64,000 nucleotides of DNA from a virus (taxonomy: Duplodnaviria > Caudoviricetes): the IMG/VR virus record IMGVR_UViG_3300049320_000001, positions 17,655-81,654 of that record, one strand, 5' to 3'. Shown here piece by piece: positions 1 to 10,262 of the stretch. Position 1 is the stretch's first letter; every line of letters starts with the position of its first letter. The notes beneath the pieces are model-generated. The model had not been told where the DNA came from. It saw only the letters and a program-made list of their open reading frames with translations, and ran no database searches. The position numbers were made by a program, and so were the translations under genes.

Positions 1-2
1 TG

Positions 3-263
3 GTGGGGGCTGAGCGCACCACGAGCACTCAGGTGCTGCTCACCGCGCCCCTGGACCTGGTGGCTTCTGCCACCCACATCAGTACCAACCGGGTCTACAC
101 CAAGGCTCGGGGTGGGACGAAGGCGGGGACGGCCACGGGCATCTCTCGGGTGCTCGTCAGCGCTGGTAGCACCGTGGGTAGTTCAGCCATCGGGAGCGAC
201 AACGCCGTACTCTCGGCTGAGGGTGGCACCTCGTCGGCTACAGGGAAGGGCGGGACCTTGTGA
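3..263 (+). CDS. 3' end of an upstream Thr/Gly/Ser-rich virion protein (truncated by window edge)
   Basis: Open frame from the window edge; its TGA overlaps the GTG of the next gene (GTGA). Confidence 0.5.
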   Translation: MGAERTTSTQVLLTAPLDLVASATHISTNRVYTKARGGTKAGTATGISRVLVSAGSTVGSSAIGSDNAVLSAEGGTSSATGKGGTL

Positions 264-1018
264 CGTACGAGTTGGGCTCTGTTGTCCGCATTGGTCCTGA
301 GGTCTTCACCAACATCGATGACGATCTGGTGGATCCCGCCACTGTGACTGTGACGATCAAGAAGCCAGATGGCGCTACCGAAGACCATCCTGGTGTGCGG
401 GAGTCACTGGGCACCTTCTACTACGACTTCACCCCTGTCACCGCAGGCACGTACTACTACAAGTGGTCTACAACTGGCACGGCCTACGTGGCGCATGTCA
501 GTTCCTTCCAGGTGCAGGACACCTTTGCCAACCCTGTGTGGTCCTACTCGGGCGATCCCGTCGCTACGCCAAAGGACACCGTTCGCTTCCTCCTTGGCGA
601 TACTGATCCGTCAGACCCGTTGCTCTCAGATCAGGCCATCGCCTTTCTGATCACATCATGGGTCAACGTCTACTCCGCTGCCGCTGCTGGTGCAGAGCAG
701 ATCGCGGGTCAGTTCGCCAGGGAGGTAACAAACTCCGGTGATGGGGTGACGATTGACTTCGATCGTCTCCAGGAGAAGTACATGATCTTGGCTGGCCAGT
801 TGCGCCTGCTGGCCAAGAGAGTGGGTCGGGCTGCCTCTCCGTACGTCGGTGGGATGAGCAAGACCGAGACCGAGCGTGCCCTGATGGATGGGGACACGGA
901 GTTGACCACCTTCGGTACCGGGATGCACGACATCTACCGCGATGGTGCCTCTGGCGGCGACACAGTTGGTCAGCGCCTCAACAAGTTGAAGTCTGACCAG
1001 TCTGGTGGGGCCACATGA
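260..1018 (+). CDS. Head-to-tail adaptor with N-terminal Ig-like domain
   Basis: WSYSGDP..KDTVRFLLGDTD..PLLSD adaptor-type motif, preceded by about 90 aa of beta-rich sequence (VDPATVTVTIKKPDG..GTFYYDFT..GTYYYKW); first gene of the neck cluster. Confidence 0.7.
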   Translation: MTYELGSVVRIGPEVFTNIDDDLVDPATVTVTIKKPDGATEDHPGVRESLGTFYYDFTPVTAGTYYYKWSTTGTAYVAHVSSFQVQDTFANPVWSYSGDPVATPKDTVRFLLGDTDPSDPLLSDQAIAFLITSWVNVYSAAAAGAEQIAGQFAREVTNSGDGVTIDFDRLQEKYMILAGQLRLLAKRVGRAASPYVGGMSKTETERALMDGDTELTTFGTGMHDIYRDGASGGDTVGQRLNKLKSDQSGGAT

Positions 1019-1452
1019 TCCGCCCCGCCATGCCGTCCAAGCGGGCTCTGAGGTACGCCGACCTCAAGGCTCGGACGCAGATGACCTCCAAGGTCACGGT
1101 GTACCGGCCCTCTGCCCCGGTCTTCAACGCCACCACCGGCATGATCACCGCAACCAAGAGCCCCGATCCCATCTATGTCGGTACTGCTCGCATCCGCCCA
1201 ACGACAGGTGGTCAGCAGATCAACGTGGGAGACGGGGCTCTCGTGTTGCGTACGACCACCTTCTCCTTCCCGGAGGAGGCCACGGAGATCAGGGTGGATG
1301 ACCTGATCCACGTAGATACCTGTGCCGAGGACTCAGAGATGAACGGTCAGGAGTTCCGCATCCTGGACGTATCCATCGGGGGGATTCTGGACCCCACCAG
1401 AAAGGCCACTACCTCCCAGGTCGAGCCCAACCCCTTCCACCCACAGACATGA
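1015..1452 (+). CDS. Head-to-tail stopper (DUF6093-like)
   Basis: VTVYRP..IYVGTARI..IRVDDLIHV pattern; position after the adaptor; ATGA overlap. Confidence 0.65.
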   Translation: MIRPAMPSKRALRYADLKARTQMTSKVTVYRPSAPVFNATTGMITATKSPDPIYVGTARIRPTTGGQQINVGDGALVLRTTTFSFPEEATEIRVDDLIHVDTCAEDSEMNGQEFRILDVSIGGILDPTRKATTSQVEPNPFHPQT

Positions 1453-1510
1453 CAACCTTCGTGCCAGCAGGAGTGCGCCATCCCCCACTCCTGCTGGCTC
1501 GTGGGAGGTC

Positions 1511-2131
1511 GTGATGAGCAACGCAGACGCGACAGTAGACCTTCGGGCTCTCACTGCCGATCTTGCTGCTGCCTCAGGACAGCCCTACAAGCAGATCGCG
1601 GAGCGCCTGGTGTCCGAGGGGGCTCAGCAGGTCGAGAAGTTCGCCTATGCCTACTCGCCAGTAAGAACGGGCTTCAACAGGTCCGTGATCCTCGCTCAGG
1701 TCAACGGGATGTCAGCGGAGATCGTGGCCCACGCCCCATACTCACGGGCACTGGAGTACGGCACTGGGACCCGAGGAGAGTTCCCTGGCCGTCCCATCGT
1801 GATCCACGCCAAGCCAGGAGGGGTGCTGGCCTTCAAGGGACGTGACGGGAAGATGGTCTTCGTGAAGAAGGTGGTCAGCCCAGGTATGGCTCCTCGCCCC
1901 TTCATGCGCCCTGCCGTGGAGCGGGTTGCCTGGCCTTTGGCCACTTCCCTGGCTAACAATGCGGTGGTGATGATCACCCATGGTCCTAACCACCCTGAGT
2001 CCCTTCTCAATGCTCCTGCCTCGTCCCCCTACAACCAGACTGCCCAGGCCAAGGGGCAGGCTGAGGCTCTGGCGCTGGTGCAGACAGGTCTGCACTCCAA
2101 GCGCACCATCCAGAAGTCGTTGATCCAGTGA
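1511..2131 (+). CDS. HK97 gp10-like tail completion protein
   Basis: SPVRTG..YSRALEYGTG..HAK..PGMAPRPFMRPA motifs. Confidence 0.75.
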   Translation: MMSNADATVDLRALTADLAAASGQPYKQIAERLVSEGAQQVEKFAYAYSPVRTGFNRSVILAQVNGMSAEIVAHAPYSRALEYGTGTRGEFPGRPIVIHAKPGGVLAFKGRDGKMVFVKKVVSPGMAPRPFMRPAVERVAWPLATSLANNAVVMITHGPNHPESLLNAPASSPYNQTAQAKGQAEALALVQTGLHSKRTIQKSLIQ

Positions 2132-2607
2132 GCGGGGCCAGGCTCGACCGTGGGGCGATCACGGACGCGGTGATCGCTACTGCTGAGTTGGTGGGCTTCC
2201 CCATCGGTGACGCCGAGGCTCCTCGGGATGGGGTCGCTGGATGGCAGGGAGGTCAGCCCAACCAGGACGGGACGAACTTCGTGCCGTACTCGGTGATCAC
2301 ACCCCTTTCTGTCACCACGGGTAGTGGACCACTGAGCGACAGCGAGGGTGACCTCGTGATCCCCTATGCAGTGACGTCCTATGGGGTGTCGCGTAAGCAG
2401 TGTGAGTGGATGGCGGACTCAGTCCGCTTGGTACTAGACGGGCTTACGCGAACCAACATCGTGATGTTTGCAGGTAAGCCAACTGAATACGCACGACGAG
2501 TACAGCAAGTCGTTGATCAGACCATCGGGGCTGTTCAGCGTGTAAGCGACACCGACCCTGCCTACTACGGGCAGTCAGACGTACTGGCTCTCTGGACGAG
2601 TCGGTAG
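2128..2607 (+). CDS. Tail terminator protein
   Basis: Size, synteny before the major tail gene, IGDAEAP..VPYSVI..SRKQCEWMAD pattern. Confidence 0.65.
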   Translation: MSGARLDRGAITDAVIATAELVGFPIGDAEAPRDGVAGWQGGQPNQDGTNFVPYSVITPLSVTTGSGPLSDSEGDLVIPYAVTSYGVSRKQCEWMADSVRLVLDGLTRTNIVMFAGKPTEYARRVQQVVDQTIGAVQRVSDTDPAYYGQSDVLALWTSR

Positions 2608-2618
2608 GAGGAGATCAG

Positions 2619-2858
2619 ATGTCCGAGTACGGCAACCGCGAGGTCACCATCGTCGCCCCCTTCGACAGCACGGTGAGTGCCACGGTCCAGGAGGAGTCCC
2701 TCCCGGTCTGGCTCGCCAACGGCTGGCGTGTTGGTGCCCCTGACTCCCCGGAGGCTCAGGCCCCCGCTCCCGATGCTCAGGCTCCGCAGGATGGTGTGGT
2801 GGCTGACCCGCAGGTACAGCCCGCGCCTGCGCCTGTTGCGCCTGTTGTCAAGAAGTAG
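2619..2858 (+). CDS. Small Pro/Ala-rich hypothetical protein
   Basis: GGAGGAG RBS; typical codon usage. Confidence 0.6.
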   Translation: MSEYGNREVTIVAPFDSTVSATVQEESLPVWLANGWRVGAPDSPEAQAPAPDAQAPQDGVVADPQVQPAPAPVAPVVKK

Positions 2859-2929
2859 TCCACGACACCACACCAGCCAGCAGTCACGATGACCACGGTT
2901 GTCTTGGACGCTGAACAAGGAGATCTCTG

Positions 2930-3754
2930 ATGGCCCGCATCATCCCTAACCAGAACTCGTACATCTTGTTCTGTGCGTCCATGGCGAACTACAACGCCCC
3001 GACTCAGGCCGAGGTACAGGCCGGGATCAACCTGACCCCGTTCATCGTCTCGATCAACGCCTCGACTCGCGGCAACGTGGTTGCTACTCCGGACTTCTCC
3101 ACGCGGTTCGAGACGAACATCCCCGGTACGGTCACCTCGACCTTCGAGTCCGACATGTACCGGGATGACTCGGCTGACACCGCGTGGCTGGCCCTTCCGC
3201 GTAGCACCTCTGGGTACTTCGTGATCAGCCGCTTCGGTGGCAAGGGTGGTCCTGGTATCACCCTCACCACGCCCACCGGCACCACGGTGACCCCGCAGGG
3301 CACCTCCGGCTCGACCACCTACTCCTACCGCGTGTCTGCGGTCGGTGGTGGTGGTGAGACGCTGGCGGCTACCGCTGCGACCACGGCCACGGGTAACGCC
3401 ACCCTCAGCCCGACCAACTTCAACCGGGTCACCTGGGGTGCGGTGGCTAACGCCACTGGCTACAACGTCTACGGTCGTACGGCGGCTGGTGAGCAGAAGT
3501 TGGCCTTCGTCCTGACCAACACCTTCGATGACACGGGCTCGCAGTTCTACACGCCCTCCGGTGCCGTTCCTGGCTCCAACACCACGGGCACCACGACCCC
3601 GCTCTACAGCCCGGTTGCTGGTGACCTGGTCGAGGTCTGGCCGACCCGGATCGTCGCTCGTGCGGCTCAGAACCTGACGAACAACACGGCACAGATGTTC
3701 AGCGTCCAGGCTGCTGTCTACCTGACGCCGAACGAGGCTGCTCGTATCGTCTAA
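2930..3754 (+). CDS. Major tail (tube) protein with an internal FN3/Ig-like insertion
   Basis: APTQAEVQAGINLT..TPDFSTRFETNIPG..GDLVEVWP actinophage tail-tube motifs; AAGGAG RBS. Confidence 0.8.
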   Translation: MARIIPNQNSYILFCASMANYNAPTQAEVQAGINLTPFIVSINASTRGNVVATPDFSTRFETNIPGTVTSTFESDMYRDDSADTAWLALPRSTSGYFVISRFGGKGGPGITLTTPTGTTVTPQGTSGSTTYSYRVSAVGGGGETLAATAATTATGNATLSPTNFNRVTWGAVANATGYNVYGRTAAGEQKLAFVLTNTFDDTGSQFYTPSGAVPGSNTTGTTTPLYSPVAGDLVEVWPTRIVARAAQNLTNNTAQMFSVQAAVYLTPNEAARIV

Positions 3755-3779
3755 GCAGCGTTAGACAACTAGGCCGGGG

Positions 3780-4211
3780 ATGGCCATGGTTAGGAACACA
3801 ACCTTGGAGGCACTGAAAGTGGCTGACGCGCAGCGTAAGAGGGCTTCGCTCGACATCCTGACTAGCAAGCGTCAGGTCGAGAAGGAAGTCACGATTGTGG
3901 TCCCAGGCGAAGATGGACCGGAAGAGATGACACTTCTCTTCCGGTCCATCGGGTCTAAGGAGTACGACAGGCTGGTGACCTCCTGTCCCCCGCGTGCTGA
4001 TCAGAAGCGCGAGGGCTCGTCGTACGACATCGACAAGTTCGGGCCTGAGTTGATCTCTCGCGTGTGCGTGGACCCGGTGATGACCGTGGAGGATGCACGG
4101 GCTATCTGGAACTCTGAGCACTGGAACCGTGGTGAGGTCTGGTCGCTGTTCTCCTCGGCGGTCGAGGTCTGCACCAACGGCCTAGAGGTGGGACCTACCA
4201 ACAGCGGCTGA
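3780..4211 (+). CDS. Tail assembly chaperone (G-like)
   Basis: Lies between the tail tube and tape measure genes; followed by an overlapping -1 frame ORF. Confidence 0.75.
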   Translation: MAMVRNTTLEALKVADAQRKRASLDILTSKRQVEKEVTIVVPGEDGPEEMTLLFRSIGSKEYDRLVTSCPPRADQKREGSSYDIDKFGPELISRVCVDPVMTVEDARAIWNSEHWNRGEVWSLFSSAVEVCTNGLEVGPTNSG

Positions 4212-4540
4212 GGGATGATCCTCAGTTCGCTCTGGAGATGGGCTACTGCTACGACAAGGCCATTCCCCACTCGGAGTTCATGGAGTGGGATGGCGTTGAT
4301 CGTTCCAAGATCTTGGCCTATCGCATGGAAGAAGCCTCCAAGTGCCAGATGTGTGGCACCGCTCCATGGGAGTGGGAAGAGGACAGGTTCGCCTATGAGC
4401 CGGTCCAGCACATGTGCCACGGCTGCTACCTGAAAGACATTGCCTCGGAAACGGAGCAGAATACGCCAGGGGTGTCTGTCATCCTGCTGCCGTCCAGGGC
4501 AGTGACAGATGACATGCGCCAGGGAGGTAGGCAGCGGTGA
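4190..4540 (+). CDS. Tail assembly chaperone -1 frame extension (T-like)
   Basis: The -1 frame is open upstream of ATG 4238 and reads GTYQQRLRDDPQFALEMGYCYDKAIPHSEFMEW; its end overlaps the tape measure start. Confidence 0.65.
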   Translation, partial: GTYQQRLRDDPQFALEMGYCYDKAIPHSEFMEWDGVDRSKILAYRMEEASKCQMCGTAPWEWEEDRFAYEPVQHMCHGCYLKDIASETEQNTPGVSVILLPSRAVTDDMRQGGRQR

Positions 4541-7500
4541 CCACTCCCTCGGGCGGCATGGATCGCAACGTCAAGGTCAACCTCACTGCTGACGTCGATC
4601 CCTTCCAGCGCTCCATGGAAGTGGCTACCAAGAGCATCGAGAAGACGACCAACGCCGTCGTGGTGCTGGCCAAGAAGATCGATGAGTTGTGGAAGTCCGC
4701 TGGCAAGAAGTTGGAGTTGTTCGGGGCCGGTGGCCTCGCCTCTCTCGTCGCGGCTACTGAGGCTGCCTCTCGTCTGGACATCGCCTTCCGGGGGGTGAGG
4801 TCCACCGCTGCTGTCACCGGACAGGCGGTCAGGGAACTCAAGGAGGGAGCCGAAGGTCTCGCCCGAGCCCTACCGGCGAGTAACTCTCAGGTAGCCCAGT
4901 TGATGGGTCAGGTCCAAGACCTGGGAGTGCGGGGTACTGAGAACATCGTCAAGTTCACCGAGGTGGCCCTGAGGCTGGCGACAGCCACCAACACGGCCCC
5001 TGGTGAGTTGTTCTCCGGCCTCATGCAGTTGACCCGCACCATGAACGGTTCGACCCAAGACCTGGAGCGGTACTCCTCCTCCCTGGTGGCCCTGTCCAAG
5101 AACAACGGGGTGGCTGCCCAGAGCGTCATCGGCTTCTCCAACGCAATCGAGGCGGTCGCCTCCCGTGCCGGTTACACCCAGGCACAGGTGCTTGGCCTGT
5201 CTACCGCCTTCGCCAGGGCTGGTGCCGACTCTGGTGCCGGTGCGACCGCCTTCATCAAGGTCACCAATGACATCTCGGAGGCCATGCGTACTGGATCCAA
5301 GCAGTTGGACACCTACGCCAACCTGGTGGGGATGAGCCGCCAGCGCTTCCAGGCTCTCGCTCAGGACAACCCGGCTGAGGCCTTCATCAAGGTCATCGAG
5401 GCCATCAAGGACTCCGGTCCCAAGGGGATCGCCATCCTCCAGCAGTTGGGTCTGGACAGCATCCGCACCCAGCGCGCTGTGGCAGCCCTGACCTCGGGGC
5501 AGGCCAACCTCAAGCAGACCCTTGAGGAGTCCTCGGAGGCCTACCGCAAGAACGAGGCCCTGAACAAGGCTTCCAACGCTGCCTACGCCGATCTGTCTAG
5601 TGCGATGACCAAGTTCCGCACTGCCATCGCTCAGGTTGCGGAAGCCATGGGTGGCCCCTTCTTGGGAGTGGCCACCAAGATGGTGGAAGCCCTCACCAAG
5701 GTCATCAACGTCTTCAACACCCTCCCTGGCCCGGTGAAGACCACCATCGCTGTGTTGGCGGCGGTGGGTTCCTCCCTCACCATCGGTGCTGGGGCACTGA
5801 TGATCATCTCCCTGGCCGTGGTGAAGTTCGGCCTGGCTTGGCGTCTGATGTCAGGAGCCATGGCCAGCAACGTCTTCAAGGGTCTGTTCGATGGGCTCCG
5901 GGGTGCGCCGAGGGCTCTGGACAACACCTCCTCGGCCATGACCCGGCTGTACAACGCCACCTATAAGACCTCCAACGCCATGCGTGGGTCACGGATGGCA
6001 GACACCGGGCCTGGGTTGTTCGGCACGGTTATGGGGGAGTCGGGGACCTCCAACCCCATCGGTCTGCCTGGTCGCTACCTCCGCTCCCAGTTGCGTGAGG
6101 TGGGCGACACCCTTCGGCACCCACTGGACTACCGCAAGCGCAACCCTCTGGCCTACTCCGAATACTCCATCGCGGGCATGGGGGTCCGCACCCAGAAGTG
6201 GGCTGAGGGACAGGGCAGGCCCGACGAGCACCCCTTCCTCGCCAAGGCTCGTGATCTCCTCAAGGGCAACCCTGAGGAGAACCTGAGCAAGGCGCAGCAG
6301 GAGAACCTGCGTCTTCGTCAGATCGCTGATGAGAAGGCACGGGCCTACAAAGAGGGCTACGCCAAGATCAGGGAGGCGATGAGGGAGGACCCCGAGGGGT
6401 TCGACCAGCAGGCCGCTACCCACTTCGGCAAGAAGGCCTCCGGTGGGCTCACTGACAGGCACCGTGAGGTCTACGCCCAGAACGTTGCTCAGGCAGCGGC
6501 GAACGAGGCTGCCAAGGCGAAGAAGAAGACCTTCGACCAGGCTGACATCGACAGTGGGCTAGCCCCCTTCAAGGCGATGACCCTGAAGATCAAGACGATG
6601 TCTGGCGAGATGGTCGCTGACGTCGGCACCGGCACTGCCAAGATCATGGACCTGGTGACTGCGGCCTTCGCCCAGTCGGTAGCCAAGATCGTGGAGTTGG
6701 CAGCGCGGGCCAAGATGGCATTGCTGGAGGTCTCCTCTGGCTCTCCTGGAGTAGCGACCCACGGTCTTGCTGGGGCCATCTCTGGCATGAGCGGAGCCGC
6801 CACCAACGCTGGCGAGAAGATCCGTGGCGTCGTCGCTGGGATGAACACCCCCACTGCTGGGCGGGCGGGGATGAACCTCCCCCTCCCCAGCATCCTGGGA
6901 GGTTGGGGGCCACTCGCTCCTCACGATGGCACCGGCAACAAGATCATCACGCTTTCACAAGCCGGACGGGCTGAGGAGTTTGCTGCGGGCTCTACCCGGC
7001 GTACCGGTGCTCTGATGGCCAGCCTGGGGGAGAAGGCTTCTGGCCTGGCGGCTGGGTTCACTGACATCTCAGGCAAGGTCATGGGCGTGGTAGGCCCCCT
7101 TGCCCTCATCGGCACGGCTGCCTTTGCAGCAGGCTCTGCCATCCACGCCTTTGCGGAGAAGGGCAAGCAGGCTGCCCTGAAGATGGCCACCACGGGCGAG
7201 GAGTTCGCCAACGCCCTAGGCCAGAAGTTCAAGTTGCCCACCTACCAGGGTGGGGCCAACCTCGAACCCGGTGACCGCCCGAACCCCTATTCGGATGCGG
7301 AGTACGCGAAGGCGAACGCTCCTGACTTCATCAAGAAGCACAAGGAGGACATCGAGCGGTTCCAGACTCTGGGTGACCACGGTGGTGGGGTCAAGGGACA
7401 GGCGGCTTACGCCCGCATTCTGCTGGACCGGATGGTGGCCTCTAGTGGAGGCAACCTCAACTCGGATGCTCAGCAGGAGTTCCGCCAGTTGCTGATGAGC

Positions 7501-10260
7501 ACCATGGGTCGTGAGCAGGGCACCGCCCTCTCTCGGCAGTTGCTCGCCAACCAGCGTCCCGGTCCTCAGACCATTGAGTCCATCCAGGAGTTGGTCGCCG
7601 CTGGTGGGCGTGGTCGTGGGTCCCTCCTGGGCTCAGGAAGTGGTGATGCTCAGCAGGCGTATGCCGCTCTGGGCAAGGGGTCCTTGCAGATCGATGCTCA
7701 GGGGCGTCCGGTCTATGCGGCTGCCGCCCTGCTTGCTGGTGAGCGGGAAGTGCAGGACCCCAGGAACCGCATCAAGATGCAGAGTGGCGGTGAGGCAGGC
7801 GATACCGGTACCTACTACGACACTGACCCCAAGGTAAAGGCGCAGTACGCCGCTGTCCGTGAGGCACTCGCCAGGGAGTTCCAGGACAAGTACCCCGGTC
7901 AGAAGGTCAACCTCAAGAGTGCTGACAGCATCGAGGAGATCCTCAAGGCCTTCCGCGACAGCGGTGGGGTGGGGGGCAAGTTTGCCGACGACCTCGAAGC
8001 GATCTTCAACTCGATCAACTACAAGGGGGCAGACGCTGCTACTGCCCTCAAGCGGCTGGGTGTCGAACTCGCCAACGTGGCTCAGGCTGCGGACGAGGAC
8101 CCCAACTCCGCTGGCTACAAACTGCGTCACGGCTACCTGGGCCAGATCATGCAGGGCGCTGACATCGACTTCAACCTCGATGCTGACCGGCCTGCCTACC
8201 GCCTGGGTGGGATGGCCCTCAACACCTTCGCCGGTTACGACAAGGACCAGCACCAGGGTGCCTTCAACGACATCGCCACCTACACCCGGCAGTTGGCGCA
8301 CTGGATGGAGGTCCGTGCCTCCAACCCCGGCAACGGTCAGTTGCTGGACCTGGCGAACGCCAACATCGCTGCTGCTCAGGGCGGGATCAACCAGCAGCGC
8401 ACCCTGACGATGAGTGGCACCCAGCAGATCGGTGCGATCTCCAACGACATCATCACCATGGCCAACAGCCCGGACGCAGTGGAGAACACCGACTCCATCC
8501 AGGCTCAGTTGGAGAACGTCACGGGTCTGTACAACCAGCAGTTGGACCAGTTGAAGGGCTTCATCCTCCAGGTGCGTTCCCTGCGTCGTCAGGAGCGCTA
8601 CGAGGAGCAGGACCACACCAAGCAGTTGGGTCGGATGTGGCGGGACCGCAACCTCCAGATCAGGGAGATGCAGTACCAGTACGGGGAGAACATCCGTCAG
8701 TCCACCATGGCGATCTCGCAGTCCTTCGGTAACCCTGGGGCCTTCGTTCAGTCCTCCTACACCCAGAGCGCCTCGTCTGCGATGACGGGCCTGCGGGCGC
8801 AGAACGAGTACCTCCAGCGCTCCAAGAGGGCGATGGACACCTTGGGTGGGATGGGGGTGTCCAAGGACGTCATCCGCGAGATGGGTCTGGACGACCCCAA
8901 GAACTTCGTCCAGGCAGAGCGCTTCGTGAAGGACCTGGCTGGCAACCCCAAGTTGGTGAGCGCTTGGAACACGGCGATCAAGAACCGGCTCAGGATCTCT
9001 GAGGGCATCGCCACTGACCCGAACAACTCCAAGTTCGCGGAGATGAAGCGGCAGTTCGACAAGCAGGGCAAGGACGCTGCTGCTGCCTTCAAGCGCTCCC
9101 TGCACGACTTCGATGACGCCTACAAGACGGCCCAGAAGCGCCAGTTGGACAGCATCAACCAGTTGGCCGCAGACGCCATGGACGGCGTCGGCAACATTAT
9201 GAGGGCAGCCAAGGACACCGGGATCAGGAACATCCGGGCCTACGCCAACGAGATCGTTCGTCAGTCTGGCAACGTCCAGGCTGCCATCGCCGCCATGACC
9301 CGCGCTGGGGTGTTCGCTGCCAACATCGGGGGTGGTGGTCCTGGTGGTGCGACAGGTACCTATCGGAACCCCACTGCTGTCACAGGTGGTCAGCGCGGTG
9401 GTGGTTACGGTGACGTTGGCGTCACGTCCTCGATCCGCACAGGTGCTGGTGGTGCGGGCCACATCGGGGACTCCGACATGGGGAGTGTCACCCAGGGTGG
9501 GACGACCTACGTCATGCCTGGCACCGGCACGGTGTACTCAGGTGGTCGCAGCACCTACTCCGGTCGGGCCACTGACAACTTCCAGCCGTCCGAGGAGTTC
9601 ATGCGGGCACACCCCGCCAACCCCTCGTTCAACAAGAGCATCGCCCGGTCCATGATCGGTGCCTACCGGTGGAACACGACCGAGTTCAACGCTCTGGACA
9701 AGTTGTGGACCCGTGAGTCGGGCTGGAAGCAGTACGCCGACAACCCCGGCTCCTCTGCCTATGGTATTCCGCAGGCCCTTCCTGGCACCAAGATGGGCAC
9801 CTTCGGCAAGGACTGGCGCACCAACCCGGCCACGCAGATCGCTTGGGGTCTGAGTTACATCGCCAACCGGTACGGCAGTCCCTCCGCAGCCTGGTCGCAC
9901 GAGCAGAAGGTGGGCTGGTACGGCAAGGGCGGTGTTATGACGGGCCGTCAGATCATCGGTGTGGCCGAGAACGGCCCCGAGATGGTCCTGCCCCTGAACG
10001 GCGCTGGTGTGTCCTTCGTGGCCCACGTGGTGGCCCAGACCATGGCACGGAGCGGGCTGACCACTGCCGCCATGATGTCCACCCGGACAGCCGGTCATGC
10101 CGGGGCTACCTACTACGGGGACACCACCTACCACGTGGACTCCTCCACCAACTTCACCGGGGCCATCACGGTGGAGGCTTCGGACCCGAACGAGATGGCC
10201 CGCAAGTTGGCAGCCCAGAAGCGCCTCAAGGCGCTGACCCGACCCCCGAGCAGTAGGTAG
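4537..10260 (+). CDS. Tape measure protein with C-terminal lytic transglycosylase (SLT-like) domain
   Basis: 1907 aa, Ala/Gly-rich helical, N-terminal TP901-like core; C-terminal LWTRESGW..NPGSSAYGIPQALP..NPATQIAWGLSYIANRYG. Confidence 0.92.
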   Translation: MTTPSGGMDRNVKVNLTADVDPFQRSMEVATKSIEKTTNAVVVLAKKIDELWKSAGKKLELFGAGGLASLVAATEAASRLDIAFRGVRSTAAVTGQAVRELKEGAEGLARALPASNSQVAQLMGQVQDLGVRGTENIVKFTEVALRLATATNTAPGELFSGLMQLTRTMNGSTQDLERYSSSLVALSKNNGVAAQSVIGFSNAIEAVASRAGYTQAQVLGLSTAFARAGADSGAGATAFIKVTNDISEAMRTGSKQLDTYANLVGMSRQRFQALAQDNPAEAFIKVIEAIKDSGPKGIAILQQLGLDSIRTQRAVAALTSGQANLKQTLEESSEAYRKNEALNKASNAAYADLSSAMTKFRTAIAQVAEAMGGPFLGVATKMVEALTKVINVFNTLPGPVKTTIAVLAAVGSSLTIGAGALMIISLAVVKFGLAWRLMSGAMASNVFKGLFDGLRGAPRALDNTSSAMTRLYNATYKTSNAMRGSRMADTGPGLFGTVMGESGTSNPIGLPGRYLRSQLREVGDTLRHPLDYRKRNPLAYSEYSIAGMGVRTQKWAEGQGRPDEHPFLAKARDLLKGNPEENLSKAQQENLRLRQIADEKARAYKEGYAKIREAMREDPEGFDQQAATHFGKKASGGLTDRHREVYAQNVAQAAANEAAKAKKKTFDQADIDSGLAPFKAMTLKIKTMSGEMVADVGTGTAKIMDLVTAAFAQSVAKIVELAARAKMALLEVSSGSPGVATHGLAGAISGMSGAATNAGEKIRGVVAGMNTPTAGRAGMNLPLPSILGGWGPLAPHDGTGNKIITLSQAGRAEEFAAGSTRRTGALMASLGEKASGLAAGFTDISGKVMGVVGPLALIGTAAFAAGSAIHAFAEKGKQAALKMATTGEEFANALGQKFKLPTYQGGANLEPGDRPNPYSDAEYAKANAPDFIKKHKEDIERFQTLGDHGGGVKGQAAYARILLDRMVASSGGNLNSDAQQEFRQLLMSTMGREQGTALSRQLLANQRPGPQTIESIQELVAAGGRGRGSLLGSGSGDAQQAYAALGKGSLQIDAQGRPVYAAAALLAGEREVQDPRNRIKMQSGGEAGDTGTYYDTDPKVKAQYAAVREALAREFQDKYPGQKVNLKSADSIEEILKAFRDSGGVGGKFADDLEAIFNSINYKGADAATALKRLGVELANVAQAADEDPNSAGYKLRHGYLGQIMQGADIDFNLDADRPAYRLGGMALNTFAGYDKDQHQGAFNDIATYTRQLAHWMEVRASNPGNGQLLDLANANIAAAQGGINQQRTLTMSGTQQIGAISNDIITMANSPDAVENTDSIQAQLENVTGLYNQQLDQLKGFILQVRSLRRQERYEEQDHTKQLGRMWRDRNLQIREMQYQYGENIRQSTMAISQSFGNPGAFVQSSYTQSASSAMTGLRAQNEYLQRSKRAMDTLGGMGVSKDVIREMGLDDPKNFVQAERFVKDLAGNPKLVSAWNTAIKNRLRISEGIATDPNNSKFAEMKRQFDKQGKDAAAAFKRSLHDFDDAYKTAQKRQLDSINQLAADAMDGVGNIMRAAKDTGIRNIRAYANEIVRQSGNVQAAIAAMTRAGVFAANIGGGGPGGATGTYRNPTAVTGGQRGGGYGDVGVTSSIRTGAGGAGHIGDSDMGSVTQGGTTYVMPGTGTVYSGGRSTYSGRATDNFQPSEEFMRAHPANPSFNKSIARSMIGAYRWNTTEFNALDKLWTRESGWKQYADNPGSSAYGIPQALPGTKMGTFGKDWRTNPATQIAWGLSYIANRYGSPSAAWSHEQKVGWYGKGGVMTGRQIIGVAENGPEMVLPLNGAGVSFVAHVVAQTMARSGLTTAAMMSTRTAGHAGATYYGDTTYHVDSSTNFTGAITVEASDPNEMARKLAAQKRLKALTRPPSSR

Positions 10261-10262
10261 CC

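Noticed and set aside
7633-9462. 609-aa minus-strand ORF; also 13901-15436(-), 22663-25623(+), 60518-62053(-), 62620-63966(-), 20014-21336(+)
   Set aside because: Antisense shadows of real genes, expected from strong GC3 bias; no recognisable motifs or RBS.
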